64,000 bases of DNA from a virus. Where the stretch lies: positions 1 through 64,000 of the IMG/VR virus record IMGVR_UViG_3300028146_000008. The stretch is one strand, 5' to 3'. This document shows positions 1 to 10,026 of the stretch, one piece after another (within the stretch, counting starts at the first letter, position 1; the number at the start of each line of letters is the position of its first letter). The position numbers and the translations under genes are program-made. The notes under the pieces were generated by a model. It ran no database searches. It saw only the letters and a list, made by a program, of their open reading frames with translations, and was not told where the DNA came from.

Positions 1-260
1 TCCGGCGGCAGGGCGAGATTGGTTTGGGTAAGGGAGTCTATCTGAGCCTTGGTTTGTTGCTGGAGGGTTTGGTTCTGCTGGGCAATTTGTTGAGCGATAG
101 ATTGGAGTTCTATCGCTCGCTCGTGGTCATGGTCAGCGATGACTTTTTCTATGAAGTAGACGCTTCCCACGGCCAAGATAATTACCACGGCCAGGAGAGC
201 TAGATGCGTTTTGATCCAGGTCCAGTCCTTGGAGATGACTGTATCCGTTGGCAGGCTCAT
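1..260 (-). CDS. Partial membrane-anchored coiled-coil protein, possibly i-spanin-like
   Basis: Manual translation from ATG 260: MSLPTDTVISKDWTWIKTHLALLAVVIILAVGSVYFIEK..., a TM segment followed by a Gln-rich coiled coil; runs off the window edge. Confidence 0.45.
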   Translation of the reverse strand, partial: MSLPTDTVISKDWTWIKTHLALLAVVIILAVGSVYFIEKVIADHDHERAIELQSIAQQIAQQNQTLQQQTKAQIDSLTQTNLALPP

Positions 261-565
261 TGCTTCACATCCGGAGTGCTGCCGTACAGAAACATTTTGT
301 GCCCGAGTTGCCGACTTAAATCTTCAAGTTGTTCGGGCGTAAACATAGCCACGGTAGGCTGTTTTTTCAGTGCGTCAAAAAACTCCTTGGCTTTGTTGAA
401 ACCTTCTTCGGCAGCTTCCTTAGCGTCCATGCATTGTTTGGCTAAAACCCATGCTTCCGCCGCGTCTTTTTCTGCCGCTTTCACCCGCGCCATGTAGTAG
501 ATAGCGACCAGCGCCAGAAGGGTGAACGCAACTCCTACTAAGCCTGCTAGAAATGAGTGGATCAC
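257..565 (-). CDS. Hypothetical membrane protein
   Basis: N-terminal TM helix; stop overlaps the next start (ATGA). Confidence 0.55.
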   Translation of the reverse strand: MIHSFLAGLVGVAFTLLALVAIYYMARVKAAEKDAAEAWVLAKQCMDAKEAAEEGFNKAKEFFDALKKQPTVAMFTPEQLEDLSRQLGHKMFLYGSTPDVKQ

Positions 566-632
566 TTAATTATGAGCCTCCAATAAAGTACTATACCACA
601 GTTCTTTATTTAGTTCAACTAATTACTTCACT

Positions 633-1112
633 TTACTGCGTTATTTTAATCTCTTGGCTATCAGGAGCAACCCGATCCCGCAGAGGAACGACCCGCTCAT
701 CTCCATCACTTTCAGTGCTACGTAAAGATACGTCAGTAGAGGGCTGATTTCGATCATATATGCCTGCTTTCAACATCTTTTTGTAGAGTTTTCGCTGTTT
801 TTTGGTTCCCACCCTCCCTGGTAGCCCGAACCTTGGTGCTCCCAGAGCCTGCGTAGCGGGTGGATTTTTCAAATATTCCAAAATCTTTTCGACCAAAACG
901 ATGGTCAGTGCCCCGACCATTACGTTGCATCGGAAGCAGAGAAGCCCCCGGATTAGTCCATCGGCGTGGTTGTGGTCCACGGCCAGCCGTAGCGGTTTTC
1001 CCTGTTCACTTAGTGAATGACCGCAGAGAGCGCACACGCCTTTTTGGTGCGTCAGAATCGTTTTGTGGTCCTCTTCGGTGAGGTTGAAATTCCAGTATTT
1101 AGATCGTGCCAT
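633..1112 (-). CDS. Endonuclease VII-like (His-Me finger) nuclease
   Basis: QKGVCALC...LAVDHNH..GLIRGLLCFRCN motif. Confidence 0.85.
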   Translation of the reverse strand: MARSKYWNFNLTEEDHKTILTHQKGVCALCGHSLSEQGKPLRLAVDHNHADGLIRGLLCFRCNVMVGALTIVLVEKILEYLKNPPATQALGAPRFGLPGRVGTKKQRKLYKKMLKAGIYDRNQPSTDVSLRSTESDGDERVVPLRDRVAPDSQEIKITQ

Positions 1113-1582
1113 TAGCTGAAGAAAGTCAGGGTGCCGACCTGGGCAGAGCGCGGGTGAATGTCGGGTCTGCGTGAGATTTGTTCCAGAAAATCCTCGTCAT
1201 CAATTTCGTTCAGTCTCGCCCAGTACAAAACCGGAGATGCTGGCCGCGCTAAGACGCTTTCTTTAGGAACCGTTACGTCATCTTTTCTGGTTCCGTCAAA
1301 AATCCCGTCTACTTCCTGCAAGATTTGTTGGAATGAGTAAATCCGGGGGTCGGGTATTTCTATTCGTTCATCTCGGCTATACGCTCGCGGGTAAATGTCC
1401 CGGTAGTGGTTCAAAATGGAGGCCCAGTCACCGTTCCACCAGCCTGCGTCAAATCGGTTCCGGAGGGCGAAACAGACAGCCCGCATACCGTCGATCCCGT
1501 CCCGGAAGCCCTCTACATGGGCAATAGTAGCAATATGTGCTTTTAAAAAGTTCGATCCATCCATATACAAATATGGTAGCAC
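1112..1582 (-). CDS. SleB/Hydrolase_2-like cell wall hydrolase (divergent)
   Basis: IAHVEG...MRAVCFALRNR pattern and C-terminal VGTLTFF; true start may be ATG 1564. Confidence 0.45.
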   Translation of the reverse strand: MLPYLYMDGSNFLKAHIATIAHVEGFRDGIDGMRAVCFALRNRFDAGWWNGDWASILNHYRDIYPRAYSRDERIEIPDPRIYSFQQILQEVDGIFDGTRKDDVTVPKESVLARPASPVLYWARLNEIDDEDFLEQISRRPDIHPRSAQVGTLTFFS

Positions 1583-1624
1583 AAATGCTGAATTAAATCA
1601 AGGACTACTTCATGTATTTAATGC

Positions 1625-1653
1625 TTGACACAATTCCTGTAATTTGTTAGGGT
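1625..1653 (+). promoter_or_regulatory. Sigma70-type promoter of the methyltransferase gene, probably leaderless
   Basis: TTGACA (1625-1630), 17-nt spacer, TAGGGT (1648-1653), ATG at 1661 with no SD. Confidence 0.5.
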
Positions 1654-1660
1654 ATTGTGT

Positions 1661-2119
1661 ATGAGTTTCACGGACAACACTACTGGGCGCTACGAGTGGG
1701 AGACCCCGCCCGAGTTCTTTGAATCGGTAAATAGCGAGTTCAACTTCACTTGTGATGTATGCGCCACGCCGGATAAGACTAAGGTTCCCGAGAATTTTTA
1801 CACGCCCGAGCAAAACGGGTTGCTTCAGAAATGGAACGGCGTCTGCTGGATGAATCCGCCGTATGGGAGGGATATTTCCAAATGGGTTGCGAAAGCCAAA
1901 CGAGAGAGAGAGAACGGGACTACCACGGTCTGCCTTCTACCGAGCCGTACAGACAATGCTTGGTGGCATCAGCACGTTATGGAGGCGGACGAGATCAGAT
2001 TTCTGCGAGGTCGGCTGAAATTCGTCGGAGCCCGCGATTCAGCGAAATTCGCTTCCTGTCTCGTGATATTTCGTGGGATTAAGTCGTGTGAACCGGTTCT
2101 TTCGCCCCGGCCTTCTTAG
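1661..2119 (+). CDS. Phage DNA N6-adenine methyltransferase (Dam-like family)
   Basis: EWETP, FTCDVCA, WMNPPY catalytic motif, LLPSRTD, IRFLRGRLKF. Confidence 0.9.
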   Translation: MSFTDNTTGRYEWETPPEFFESVNSEFNFTCDVCATPDKTKVPENFYTPEQNGLLQKWNGVCWMNPPYGRDISKWVAKAKRERENGTTTVCLLPSRTDNAWWHQHVMEADEIRFLRGRLKFVGARDSAKFASCLVIFRGIKSCEPVLSPRPS

Positions 2120-3395
2120 AGTAGTTTGGTGCCCACGGATCATACGTATTTTTATCGTATGAGTTTTCGTCTGTAACCTTTGGTGGCCAGTTCTTCTGGG
2201 CTGGTCGGTCGCTTGCTCTCTTGGCGGGTGCTTTCTGACCTTTCTTGGGTTCGTCCACACCTTCGATTACCATGCGGCTATTGTTCTTAGGCTCGTCCCC
2301 GAAAGCGATGTTTTTACCTAGCCCTGCGGTTCCTTTTTTAAGGATATTTCCTTCGATCTGTTTCAAGGTATCCAGTTGATGCTGGGCGATACCCTTCTCT
2401 TCCGCAGTGGCTTGGGGGTTTCGGGTGATATCTCGTAAGCGGCTAACTTCGTAATCTACGTTTTGTTTTGTCCACGCGGCTTTGTTTGGACCTTCTTTGA
2501 TTTGTTGGGATTCGATTTTTTCGGCTTTTCCTGCGGTTTTGGGAGCGGCGTTTTCTGCTTTCATCCGCGCGTTCAGTTCGTCCGTAGTAGGCGCGGATTT
2601 CAGACCTTCTAGTTTCTGGTCCGCAATGGCTTTCATGGCTTCCGGAGAACTCATCTCCGATTCGCGAATCGCGAATGTTTTTCCAGGTAAGTCAGGGTGC
2701 TCCACTTGGTGAACTCCCGTACCGGGTACTACTTCACCTTTATGGACCATGCCTATGTGTTCGATTTTACCCTTGGCATCTTTGCCTGCGAATTCTGCCG
2801 CTGATTGCTCACCTAATTGCTTCACGGTATTTGCGGATTCTTCTAGTGCATTTAATGGTTTTAATTCCGCAGAAATCATAGGTGGCGCGATAGCCATTTG
2901 CGCGGTCTGACCCACTGTGTGGCCAACTGGAACCGCGTCCAGAGCGTGTCCTGCCGCAGTTGCGAGCCCCTGAGTAACTGGATTCATCGGAGCGCCCGTT
3001 TGGGTGTGCCCGGTCGAACCCGCTTGTTTCAAATCCGCAGCCATGTTGTCCAGACCTTGGCGGAATGGGCTCAAAACCGTTTCATCTAAGTGATGGGCGT
3101 GCTCGTCTACGGCGCGTTTGATTTTTCCGTAGAATTGTTCAACCGGAGAACCGAAGTTTTCTTTGTACTGTTGCTCACCCTCGGCTTGCGGGGAATTTGA
3201 ATCCCACTCGTGGCCAGGGCCAAGAGCCTTACGGGACGTGTCCGTTTCCGGAGTGACGTTGCGTTTTACAGTTTGAGCTGTGGATTCCGGCTGAACCTCG
3301 CGCACCCTGATTCCTTCATACGGGTTTTGCGAGACCTGCTGTTCACTTTGTGAAGTAGTGTCTACTCCATCCGGCATGGTTTCTAGTTCGGCCAT
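2079..3395 (-). CDS. Putative internal virion/ejection protein
   Basis: 438 aa, last gene of the coupled block after the tail genes; positional inference. Confidence 0.45.
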   Translation of the reverse strand: MAELETMPDGVDTTSQSEQQVSQNPYEGIRVREVQPESTAQTVKRNVTPETDTSRKALGPGHEWDSNSPQAEGEQQYKENFGSPVEQFYGKIKRAVDEHAHHLDETVLSPFRQGLDNMAADLKQAGSTGHTQTGAPMNPVTQGLATAAGHALDAVPVGHTVGQTAQMAIAPPMISAELKPLNALEESANTVKQLGEQSAAEFAGKDAKGKIEHIGMVHKGEVVPGTGVHQVEHPDLPGKTFAIRESEMSSPEAMKAIADQKLEGLKSAPTTDELNARMKAENAAPKTAGKAEKIESQQIKEGPNKAAWTKQNVDYEVSRLRDITRNPQATAEEKGIAQHQLDTLKQIEGNILKKGTAGLGKNIAFGDEPKNNSRMVIEGVDEPKKGQKAPAKRASDRPAQKNWPPKVTDENSYDKNTYDPWAPNYSKKAGAKEPVHTT

Positions 3396-5218
3396 TATTT
3401 TTTACCCCCGCCCGCAGGCAAAGGTCTATTCTTCTGGGCGTCCTGCCATAGCTGGCTGATTTCTGTGACTTCTTCGGGACTCATATTTTCCATCACAGCT
3501 TTAGCGTCGGGATCCTGTTGCAGCAGTTTAGGAACATCTTCCATGTGGACTTCGCGTTCTTTACCATCTCCACCTTGGAAACGAATCCACCGCAGGGGTT
3601 GCTCTCCGACAACGGGGGCACCTTTTTCGGCCAAGGCTTTGACAGATGTTGCCGCGCCTTTGCTGAAATCTCTGCCCATCTCTTCGAGGGCGCTGCTAGA
3701 TACACTGTCTTGGCCGACTTTTTTGACCGCGCGATTTAACAGTTCGGTGGGGCTGTTGTAGATTTTATCTATAATAGGCAACGCAGCGGCTGCCGCCCCT
3801 AGCGGTCCACCGTGTGCTAGCCCTACAGTTGCACCAATCGCTTGTTTCAAACTGATGGGTTGTTGGCGACCAGAGACATTGGCGCGTCCGCGCATGTACT
3901 CTTCCATGCTTTTCAGAGCGCCGTATGTGGCTTTCGTGTTTTTTAAATCATCGCCGCCATTTTGTTCAGCATATTGATACAGTCGGTCGCGCAGAGCTTT
4001 TGTTCCAGCGACTCGCGATGCGGTAAACCCGTCTACCTTCTCCCACGCCGCTCGTTCGGAAGGACTCAGCTTGTAGTAGCCAGCTTTTTGTAATTCCGCG
4101 TTCATGGTTTCCAACATCGTCTCAGCTTGGCCAACCGTTCTGACACTCTCAAGAAGTTTGGCTTTTCCCTCAACTTCTTTGGAGAATTTCTTCATGTTGG
4201 CTTGTTGCAGTTCATCCTTCGGAATCCGATCTCGCACCGCTTCGGCGATTGGATTGTTCGGCATTGGTCCCGTGAACCCTTGTGGATGCGGAAATAGATC
4301 GTCGCTCGCGTGCTGTTTCAAGAAGGGGGAAATTTCGTTATCCCAAACACCCTGCTTTACGGTGCGGACGCGATCCGCAGCGTCGAACATATCCTTGAAC
4401 TTATCGTTTTCGCCGACTTCTTTAACCATTCGATCTTTCGATAGTTCCCAGTTTTTCAAGAAGTTGTAGTCATTTTTGCGTGATTGGAGCGCCCGCATTA
4501 CATCTTCTTCGGCAGAAGTTAGAACACCAGCCGCTTCTCCAAATTTCTGAATTGTCGGGCCAACTACTTTTTCACCAATAGCCCCACCAACTCCCGCACC
4601 TATTGCGCCTCCTACTCCGCTTTGGGTAGTAGAGTTTCCTTCCGCAGTTCCCTTCACGGCTCCTTGCACCCCACCGACCGGTACTTGGCTCAGAAGAATT
4701 TTTGAAGCTTTAGGGTATTTTTCCAGAAGTGCTAGAAGTTTCGGACTCTTTGCAGCTATTTTTTCTACGAAACCTAATCCTTTTAGCGCAGCCTCGCCGC
4801 CAGCAAACTCCAAAACATCTTCGCCAAATGCACCGATCCTCTCTCCTGTATTTCTTGGTTCCGTGTACTCGGCTGGGATTGGGGCGAGCGGCTGTCCTGT
4901 TAGGGCTTGATTGAGCCCACCAGGAACTGTGCTGTCCAGAATCTTTGCCCCGCCTTGTACAGTCTTCAACGCGCTTCCGCCAAATCCCGAGGCTACATCG
5001 CCCACAAATTGAGCGGTGTTTTTCAAAGAATCGAGTGTGGTTCCACCTTTTCCAGCCGGTGGGCGACTTGCAGCCGGAGCGGGAGGGGTAACCGGGGAAA
5101 ATCCCGCAGGTGGGGGAGGAGTGTTGGCATCTGCTGGCTGAACCGGGGAGAATCCCGGAGGCGGTGGGGGGTCTCCTGCCGGAGCCTGTGGTGCTCCTAC
5201 CTGGGGTTCATCGAACAT
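3395..5218 (-). CDS. Putative DNA ejection (internal virion) protein
   Basis: 607 aa; N-terminal PPPPGFSPV repeats and Gly/Ala-rich hydrophobic segments as in podoviral ejection proteins. Confidence 0.55.
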   Translation of the reverse strand: MFDEPQVGAPQAPAGDPPPPPGFSPVQPADANTPPPPAGFSPVTPPAPAASRPPAGKGGTTLDSLKNTAQFVGDVASGFGGSALKTVQGGAKILDSTVPGGLNQALTGQPLAPIPAEYTEPRNTGERIGAFGEDVLEFAGGEAALKGLGFVEKIAAKSPKLLALLEKYPKASKILLSQVPVGGVQGAVKGTAEGNSTTQSGVGGAIGAGVGGAIGEKVVGPTIQKFGEAAGVLTSAEEDVMRALQSRKNDYNFLKNWELSKDRMVKEVGENDKFKDMFDAADRVRTVKQGVWDNEISPFLKQHASDDLFPHPQGFTGPMPNNPIAEAVRDRIPKDELQQANMKKFSKEVEGKAKLLESVRTVGQAETMLETMNAELQKAGYYKLSPSERAAWEKVDGFTASRVAGTKALRDRLYQYAEQNGGDDLKNTKATYGALKSMEEYMRGRANVSGRQQPISLKQAIGATVGLAHGGPLGAAAAALPIIDKIYNSPTELLNRAVKKVGQDSVSSSALEEMGRDFSKGAATSVKALAEKGAPVVGEQPLRWIRFQGGDGKEREVHMEDVPKLLQQDPDAKAVMENMSPEEVTEISQLWQDAQKNRPLPAGGGKK

Positions 5219-7488
5219 TATTGAACTCCTGCGGGCGGGGTCTGTTGATACGGTTTACCAGTGTAGGCATCCACCCACGTTTTGCTTTGCGGGTCCCAAC
5301 CGATAAACATTCGCCCATCGGTATGGATTTTGGCTTTGTCCACGTTCGGGGCGACTTTATTCCAATCCGGTTGCAGAGGCTGATTCTGTTGTGGATTTCC
5401 AATAGGTGCAGCCGTTCCCTGTGTTGGAGCGGGGCCGACTTGCATTTGATTTCCGGGGCCGAACTCTTTCAGTCTGTCTCCGAGTCCTAAACGAATCGCA
5501 GCATCGCGAGCGCCCGTTGAAAGTATTCCGCCATAGTGAGTTCCAGTTAGAGAAACATACGGTTGGTCAAGTTCAGACAAACGATCCAAACCTTGGTGGC
5601 CCATTTGGTACAGAGCGGCGGCAGCCATTCCCACAGTGATATCCGGATTCACCAATGCGTCTTTAGCGTGGTTCTCGTCAGCGGTTCCGGCATGTCCGCT
5701 CTTGACTACGTTCTGCCACTCTTCACGAGCAGCGGTTAGACCGATGATTACTTGTTCCAGCAGCGGGGCGTCTTCGGCTCCGACCTTTAAACGTGCTTGG
5801 TTGATAGGCATGTTCAAGAGCGGAGAGTTAGTACGGGTCAGACGGTCGGACAGTTCCTTCGCATCCGCAGCGTGGCGAAGCAGTTGACCGTTAGCCATCA
5901 AGCCTGCGCCGAGTTTGTTGCTCGGATTTTGGTAGTTTTCTTCGACTTTTTTAACTTCTTCGTACCCAGATTCTTTCCATTCCGGCAAAATCGCGCGAAC
6001 CAAAGATTCGTATTGCGCCCGGTTCATTCCCGGCACGCCCTTACGGAGCTGGGTGGCAATAGCTTTCGGATCCATTCGTTTGGTCAATAGGCCAAGCACT
6101 ACGTTCTGATCCTGCGGAGTGAGATTCATTAGAACACCCCGCGCGGCAGGGGGCAGACCTTGGTAGGCTTTCATTAGTTTGTCAACCGCAGCCGCTTTAT
6201 CATCGGGCGTTAAATTTCCACCATTTAGAGCATTTAATTGTTGCCGTAAGACTGCCGCATTTGCGAGAGATTCCTGAGTTTTTGCGACATCTAAGTTTGC
6301 TTGGCCTTTTCGCTGTTCAGCTTGTGCTTCTTTGTCGCCACGATCAGCCTCGGCTTTCAGCGCAGCTTCCGGGGTCACGCCTGCGGGATAGCCATGCTGA
6401 ATGTCTTCGTGAGTTACGGAATTCAGTAGACGGGGTTTGTCTCCCTCCCACACCAGTTCCGGAGTGTTTTCGCCCTTCAGCCATTCTTTATATCCAGCCG
6501 CTTTTTGGAGCAAAAGCGCAGACAAATCTTGTGGAGAAACTTCAAGCCCTGCGGTAAGACGGTCCACGTCATTCTTCGTGGTCTTGCCACCGAGAGGTGC
6601 GTATTTTTGAATATCGGCAACCAAAGATGGCGGCAGTGCGATTTTTCCATCCACGCCGTGAATCGGGAGCATGATGACTTGCCCTTCTCCCGGTTTCGTG
6701 GTCTGGTTTTCTTCGTCTATGGTTGGGGCAGAGAAACCGCCCGGTAAAAAGATATGTTTCGCAGCCGATGGGTCGTTATTGCCCTTCTCAGCAGCCGCCA
6801 TTTGCTCGGCTTGAGTTGCGCTTATAATCTGGGCGTCTAACCCTGCATCCTTAGCGGCGCGATACAGTTCCATGTTTCCTTGGCGCTGGGGGTCCATGTC
6901 CAGCCCGAGCTTCTGAGCCTCGACTATGTTTCGATACGTCAGGGCGTTTGTCGCAGCGACTTGATGTTTCTGGAGAATTGCTTTTTGCTGGGTTTCAAAT
7001 TCTTCTTTACTTTGCTCCCGTTTCAGAAGGTCTTCCTGCTTGGCGTTTTGCCGAACCGCTCCTGCACCGGCACCTAGTCCAGCTAGAGCATTCGCTAATC
7101 CGCTTTTTTGATCCGGAGCCTGGGAACCTGCTTGCAGCCCCATCAATGCTTTATTTGCGATAGCGCGGATTTTCTGAGACGGAGACATCGGCGGCGCTTC
7201 AGTTGTGATGAGCCGACCTTGGGCGTCGTAGGAATACGTGGGCGTGGATTTCCCGGCTAGTACTCCGGACACGTCCGAAAGTGCGCGGGTCGCCATATTT
7301 ACAAAACTGTGCAGCATTCGGTTGTTGCTCGGAGCGGCGGGCGCGGTTGGCTGAACTGCTGTGCTTACCGCAGTGGATGGATCGCCTGTTCCGCCCGGAA
7401 TTCCTGACGCAGCGTCCATTGGAACGGGAGCCGCAACGGGTTGCTCCGTTCCTGTTGCACCAGCAGATGGGGTATCTTCAAAAGCCAT
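5218..7488 (-). CDS. Putative DNA ejection (internal virion) protein
   Basis: 756 aa, Ala/Gln-rich, LAGLGAGAGA segment followed by a coiled coil; position in operon. Confidence 0.55.
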   Translation of the reverse strand: MAFEDTPSAGATGTEQPVAAPVPMDAASGIPGGTGDPSTAVSTAVQPTAPAAPSNNRMLHSFVNMATRALSDVSGVLAGKSTPTYSYDAQGRLITTEAPPMSPSQKIRAIANKALMGLQAGSQAPDQKSGLANALAGLGAGAGAVRQNAKQEDLLKREQSKEEFETQQKAILQKHQVAATNALTYRNIVEAQKLGLDMDPQRQGNMELYRAAKDAGLDAQIISATQAEQMAAAEKGNNDPSAAKHIFLPGGFSAPTIDEENQTTKPGEGQVIMLPIHGVDGKIALPPSLVADIQKYAPLGGKTTKNDVDRLTAGLEVSPQDLSALLLQKAAGYKEWLKGENTPELVWEGDKPRLLNSVTHEDIQHGYPAGVTPEAALKAEADRGDKEAQAEQRKGQANLDVAKTQESLANAAVLRQQLNALNGGNLTPDDKAAAVDKLMKAYQGLPPAARGVLMNLTPQDQNVVLGLLTKRMDPKAIATQLRKGVPGMNRAQYESLVRAILPEWKESGYEEVKKVEENYQNPSNKLGAGLMANGQLLRHAADAKELSDRLTRTNSPLLNMPINQARLKVGAEDAPLLEQVIIGLTAAREEWQNVVKSGHAGTADENHAKDALVNPDITVGMAAAALYQMGHQGLDRLSELDQPYVSLTGTHYGGILSTGARDAAIRLGLGDRLKEFGPGNQMQVGPAPTQGTAAPIGNPQQNQPLQPDWNKVAPNVDKAKIHTDGRMFIGWDPQSKTWVDAYTGKPYQQTPPAGVQ

Positions 7489-7890
7489 TTAATTCTCCTG
7501 TACAGGCGCTTCTATCGCTTCGAGCAGCCAACCGATTGGTGTAGTTAGTGAAACGGATTCATCACTAAGTGAACGGCGCAGAAACAAAATCAGTTTGCGA
7601 GCCGTGGATTCGTTGCTGAAACCGTAGATAGAAAACAAATCTTTCAGAGTGTTCTCGGGCATCAGGCGATTATTCTTACCGCTGCATTTCGCCTGCACAT
7701 CGGCGATGCCCGCTTTAAATCCACCCATTACGGAACTGAAAATCCTGTAGTGTTCGCTGTCACACTTTTTTTCCGGACGATAGGTTTTCAGCAACAACGG
7801 ATTACAAAGTTTGAAGGCTTTAGCGTCGGGATCGTCCCATGCACCGTTGTACTTCCCGACACTCAAAACGAAGGCTTCGATTTTCAACAT
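7489..7890 (-). CDS. Hypothetical protein, possibly a degenerate lysozyme-like virion protein
   Basis: Weak resemblance (LCNPLLL...IFSSVMGGFKA..TLKDLFSIY) to NNPGNL-type phage proteins. Confidence 0.3.
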   Translation of the reverse strand: MLKIEAFVLSVGKYNGAWDDPDAKAFKLCNPLLLKTYRPEKKCDSEHYRIFSSVMGGFKAGIADVQAKCSGKNNRLMPENTLKDLFSIYGFSNESTARKLILFLRRSLSDESVSLTTPIGWLLEAIEAPVQEN

Positions 7891-7907
7891 GATATTTTTC
7901 TATTTCC

Positions 7908-8573
7908 TTATCCGGGTTGTCCTGTGCCCGAGTCTTGAAATGCCCCACCACCACCGCCGCTGTGTTTGCCAAATGGCAATAAACCGCCAATGATTCCACC
8001 GGCTAATCCTGCGACGGGTTTCATCCATGCCTGATTAGCTTCGGTGATCGAGTCAGCACCTTTTTGCTGGAGTCCTGCGCCGCTCACCGCTTCGCCACCG
8101 GCTGCCGTAACTGGATTTTCTAGTTCGCCAGGGGCTTTGCTGAGTCCGGATGTAGCAAATTCCCAGTTCTGTCGGCCAATGTCATACCCGCGTTGCGTGA
8201 TTTGCGACTGTGCGAGGGCTTCTTTTACTGCGGTGTCTTGTGCGAGTGAACCAAGAATCGCATCTTCGGACCCGCTTGGTAGATACGAAGTACCGCCACC
8301 GCGCGATGCGACCGCACCACGCACGGCATTTGCAGTCTGACCTGCCGCAGAATTAAGTTGTTCCGCAGTCATGGTGCGTTCAGCCGCTTCCTCGGCGGGT
8401 GACATTCCGAATTGGCTGGGTCCCGCATCCGAAATTGGCTGAAGATGACCTGTGAGATCACTCAGAATTTCTTGATTTTGTCCCGCGAAGTCTTGGAACT
8501 GAGATGTCAGAAGATTTGACACCTTTTGTTCATTGGCATACGCGGCTTTCTGCTGTGAACTGGCTCCGCACAT
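7908..8573 (-). CDS. Putative small ejection/pilot protein
   Basis: Starts MCG, Ala/Gly/Gln-rich, C-terminal GLAGGIIGGL; follows the GNAT-like genes. Confidence 0.5.
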   Translation of the reverse strand: MCGASSQQKAAYANEQKVSNLLTSQFQDFAGQNQEILSDLTGHLQPISDAGPSQFGMSPAEEAAERTMTAEQLNSAAGQTANAVRGAVASRGGGTSYLPSGSEDAILGSLAQDTAVKEALAQSQITQRGYDIGRQNWEFATSGLSKAPGELENPVTAAGGEAVSGAGLQQKGADSITEANQAWMKPVAGLAGGIIGGLLPFGKHSGGGGGAFQDSGTGQPG

Positions 8574-8574
8574 C

Positions 8575-8970
8575 TTATGTCCTCACAAATTTGCCGTCGA
8601 ACGGCTCGAAACCTAACTTCTCAGTGAATTTTTTGGCTTTTCCGCCCGGTTTCACAATTACTTCAGTACAGCCGCTTTTGCGGCCAATCTCTTTGAACCA
8701 ATCCCGGACTTCCGCGCCGACTTTCGCGTTTCTTAGTGGCGTTTTTGGGTTGAATTGAACGGCGACTCGCAACGCTTTCTGAAATCTGGCGGCCATTACT
8801 GGGCCGTTTTCGTCGTAAATGAGAGCGACTTCGCTATTCGGTTCCCAAATCTGGTCTTCGGTGATGCCAACTTGTTGGTGAAAAGCATCATTTTTGAGCC
8901 ATTCGGCAACTAAGTCAGCTTCTGGATCGGTTTTATAAATCTTTTTAACTAAGATCATGCACGAACTCAC
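8575..8970 (-). CDS. GNAT-like tail assembly protein, paralogue 1
   Basis: LRVAVQFNP ... KFTEKLGF; position between tail and ejection genes. Confidence 0.45.
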   Translation of the reverse strand: MSSCMILVKKIYKTDPEADLVAEWLKNDAFHQQVGITEDQIWEPNSEVALIYDENGPVMAARFQKALRVAVQFNPKTPLRNAKVGAEVRDWFKEIGRKSGCTEVIVKPGGKAKKFTEKLGFEPFDGKFVRT

Positions 8971-9346
8971 TGGGGCTGGAACGAAAGCCGCGTTTTTCTA
9001 GGAATCTAATCAGGGGTGCGAATACCGAATCGAAAATGACTTGTTTATATCCGGTTTTTTTTGCCCCGAGAATAATGTTATGAGAGAACTCGGAAATCGC
9101 CCGAGCGAGACGTTTCTTTTCATTTGGTGGGGCAAACTGAATGTGTAGACGCAACACATTTTCTTGGCGGACGAAGAAGATGTCGCCATGTTCATCCTGA
9201 ACTGCGTAGGTTTGAACGTGGGAATCGTTTTGCGGTAGCCAAAAATCTACTGTTTGCCCTTTGTGGTCGGGATCCTGCTGAATCCACTCTTCTAACCTGT
9301 TGCGATCTGCTTCCGAGGTCTTTCTGAACTTCAGCAAGTTATACAA
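8945..9346 (-). CDS. GNAT-like tail assembly protein, paralogue 2
   Basis: LRLHIQFAP ... RFLEKRGF; visibly similar to 8575-8970. Confidence 0.45.
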   Translation of the reverse strand: MYNLLKFRKTSEADRNRLEEWIQQDPDHKGQTVDFWLPQNDSHVQTYAVQDEHGDIFFVRQENVLRLHIQFAPPNEKKRLARAISEFSHNIILGAKKTGYKQVIFDSVFAPLIRFLEKRGFRSSPSEFVHDLS

Positions 9347-9668
9347 CCCCTTTTCCGCGATCCACTAAGACAGCGATTCCACGATCAATGCTGGTCAGAA
9401 GCGTCGTGTGCCGGTCGTAGATATCATGTATCTCTCGAATGTCTTGAGTTAAGTGAGCGAGATGGTTGTTTTGAATGACAGCCAACCCACGTTTGAGTTC
9501 TTCACCTGTATCTGCTGCAGCCGTGGCTTTTTTTCTCACATCATCGAGATTGTTAAAATAAGTATCGAAAGCGCCTTTAAATTTCCAGCATATTTTTAAC
9601 AGAATAGGCCATCCGATCAGATTTAAATGATCCGCTGCCCACGCTGCCACTAGTGTTGCGTCTGCCAT
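9339..9668 (-). CDS. Small membrane protein with coiled coil (holin-like?)
   Basis: N-terminal hydrophobic segment, NNHLAHL motif. Confidence 0.4.
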   Translation of the reverse strand: MADATLVAAWAADHLNLIGWPILLKICWKFKGAFDTYFNNLDDVRKKATAAADTGEELKRGLAVIQNNHLAHLTQDIREIHDIYDRHTTLLTSIDRGIAVLVDRGKGVV

Positions 9669-9722
9669 GAGGTCCCCTGAAGTTGTTCACTAAGTGAACG
9701 GTTAAATGACTAAATTGTGAAA

Positions 9723-10016
9723 TTATGAAACGACTAACTGTATTGTGATTCCGTGTGGTGTAACGGTGCCGCCCGCAGTGTTTCCCGGCACGCTTTCCAC
9801 AGTGCCTTCAACGTGCGTTCCGTAGTAGCAATACTGCCCGCCAACTTTAACGTTCGCATCCGTGTAGGTGAGAGCGGAAGTGTTCGCAATCTTGCTGAAG
9901 GCAAGACTGCCGAGACCGCTTGCTGGGCACAAACCGCTTGCTCGATAAACGTTGTACGTCGCAGTCAAACTCGCGTCGTCCGGTGCTGCCCATGTTAGGA
10001 TTGCTTGATGTGCCAT
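9723..10016 (-). CDS. Fibronectin type III-like small virion protein
   Basis: LTW...YNVYR...YTD...YCY...VES..SN pattern (GN here). Confidence 0.7.
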   Translation of the reverse strand: MAHQAILTWAAPDDASLTATYNVYRASGLCPASGLGSLAFSKIANTSALTYTDANVKVGGQYCYYGTHVEGTVESVPGNTAGGTVTPHGITIQLVVS

Positions 10017-10026
10017 AGTTAAACTC

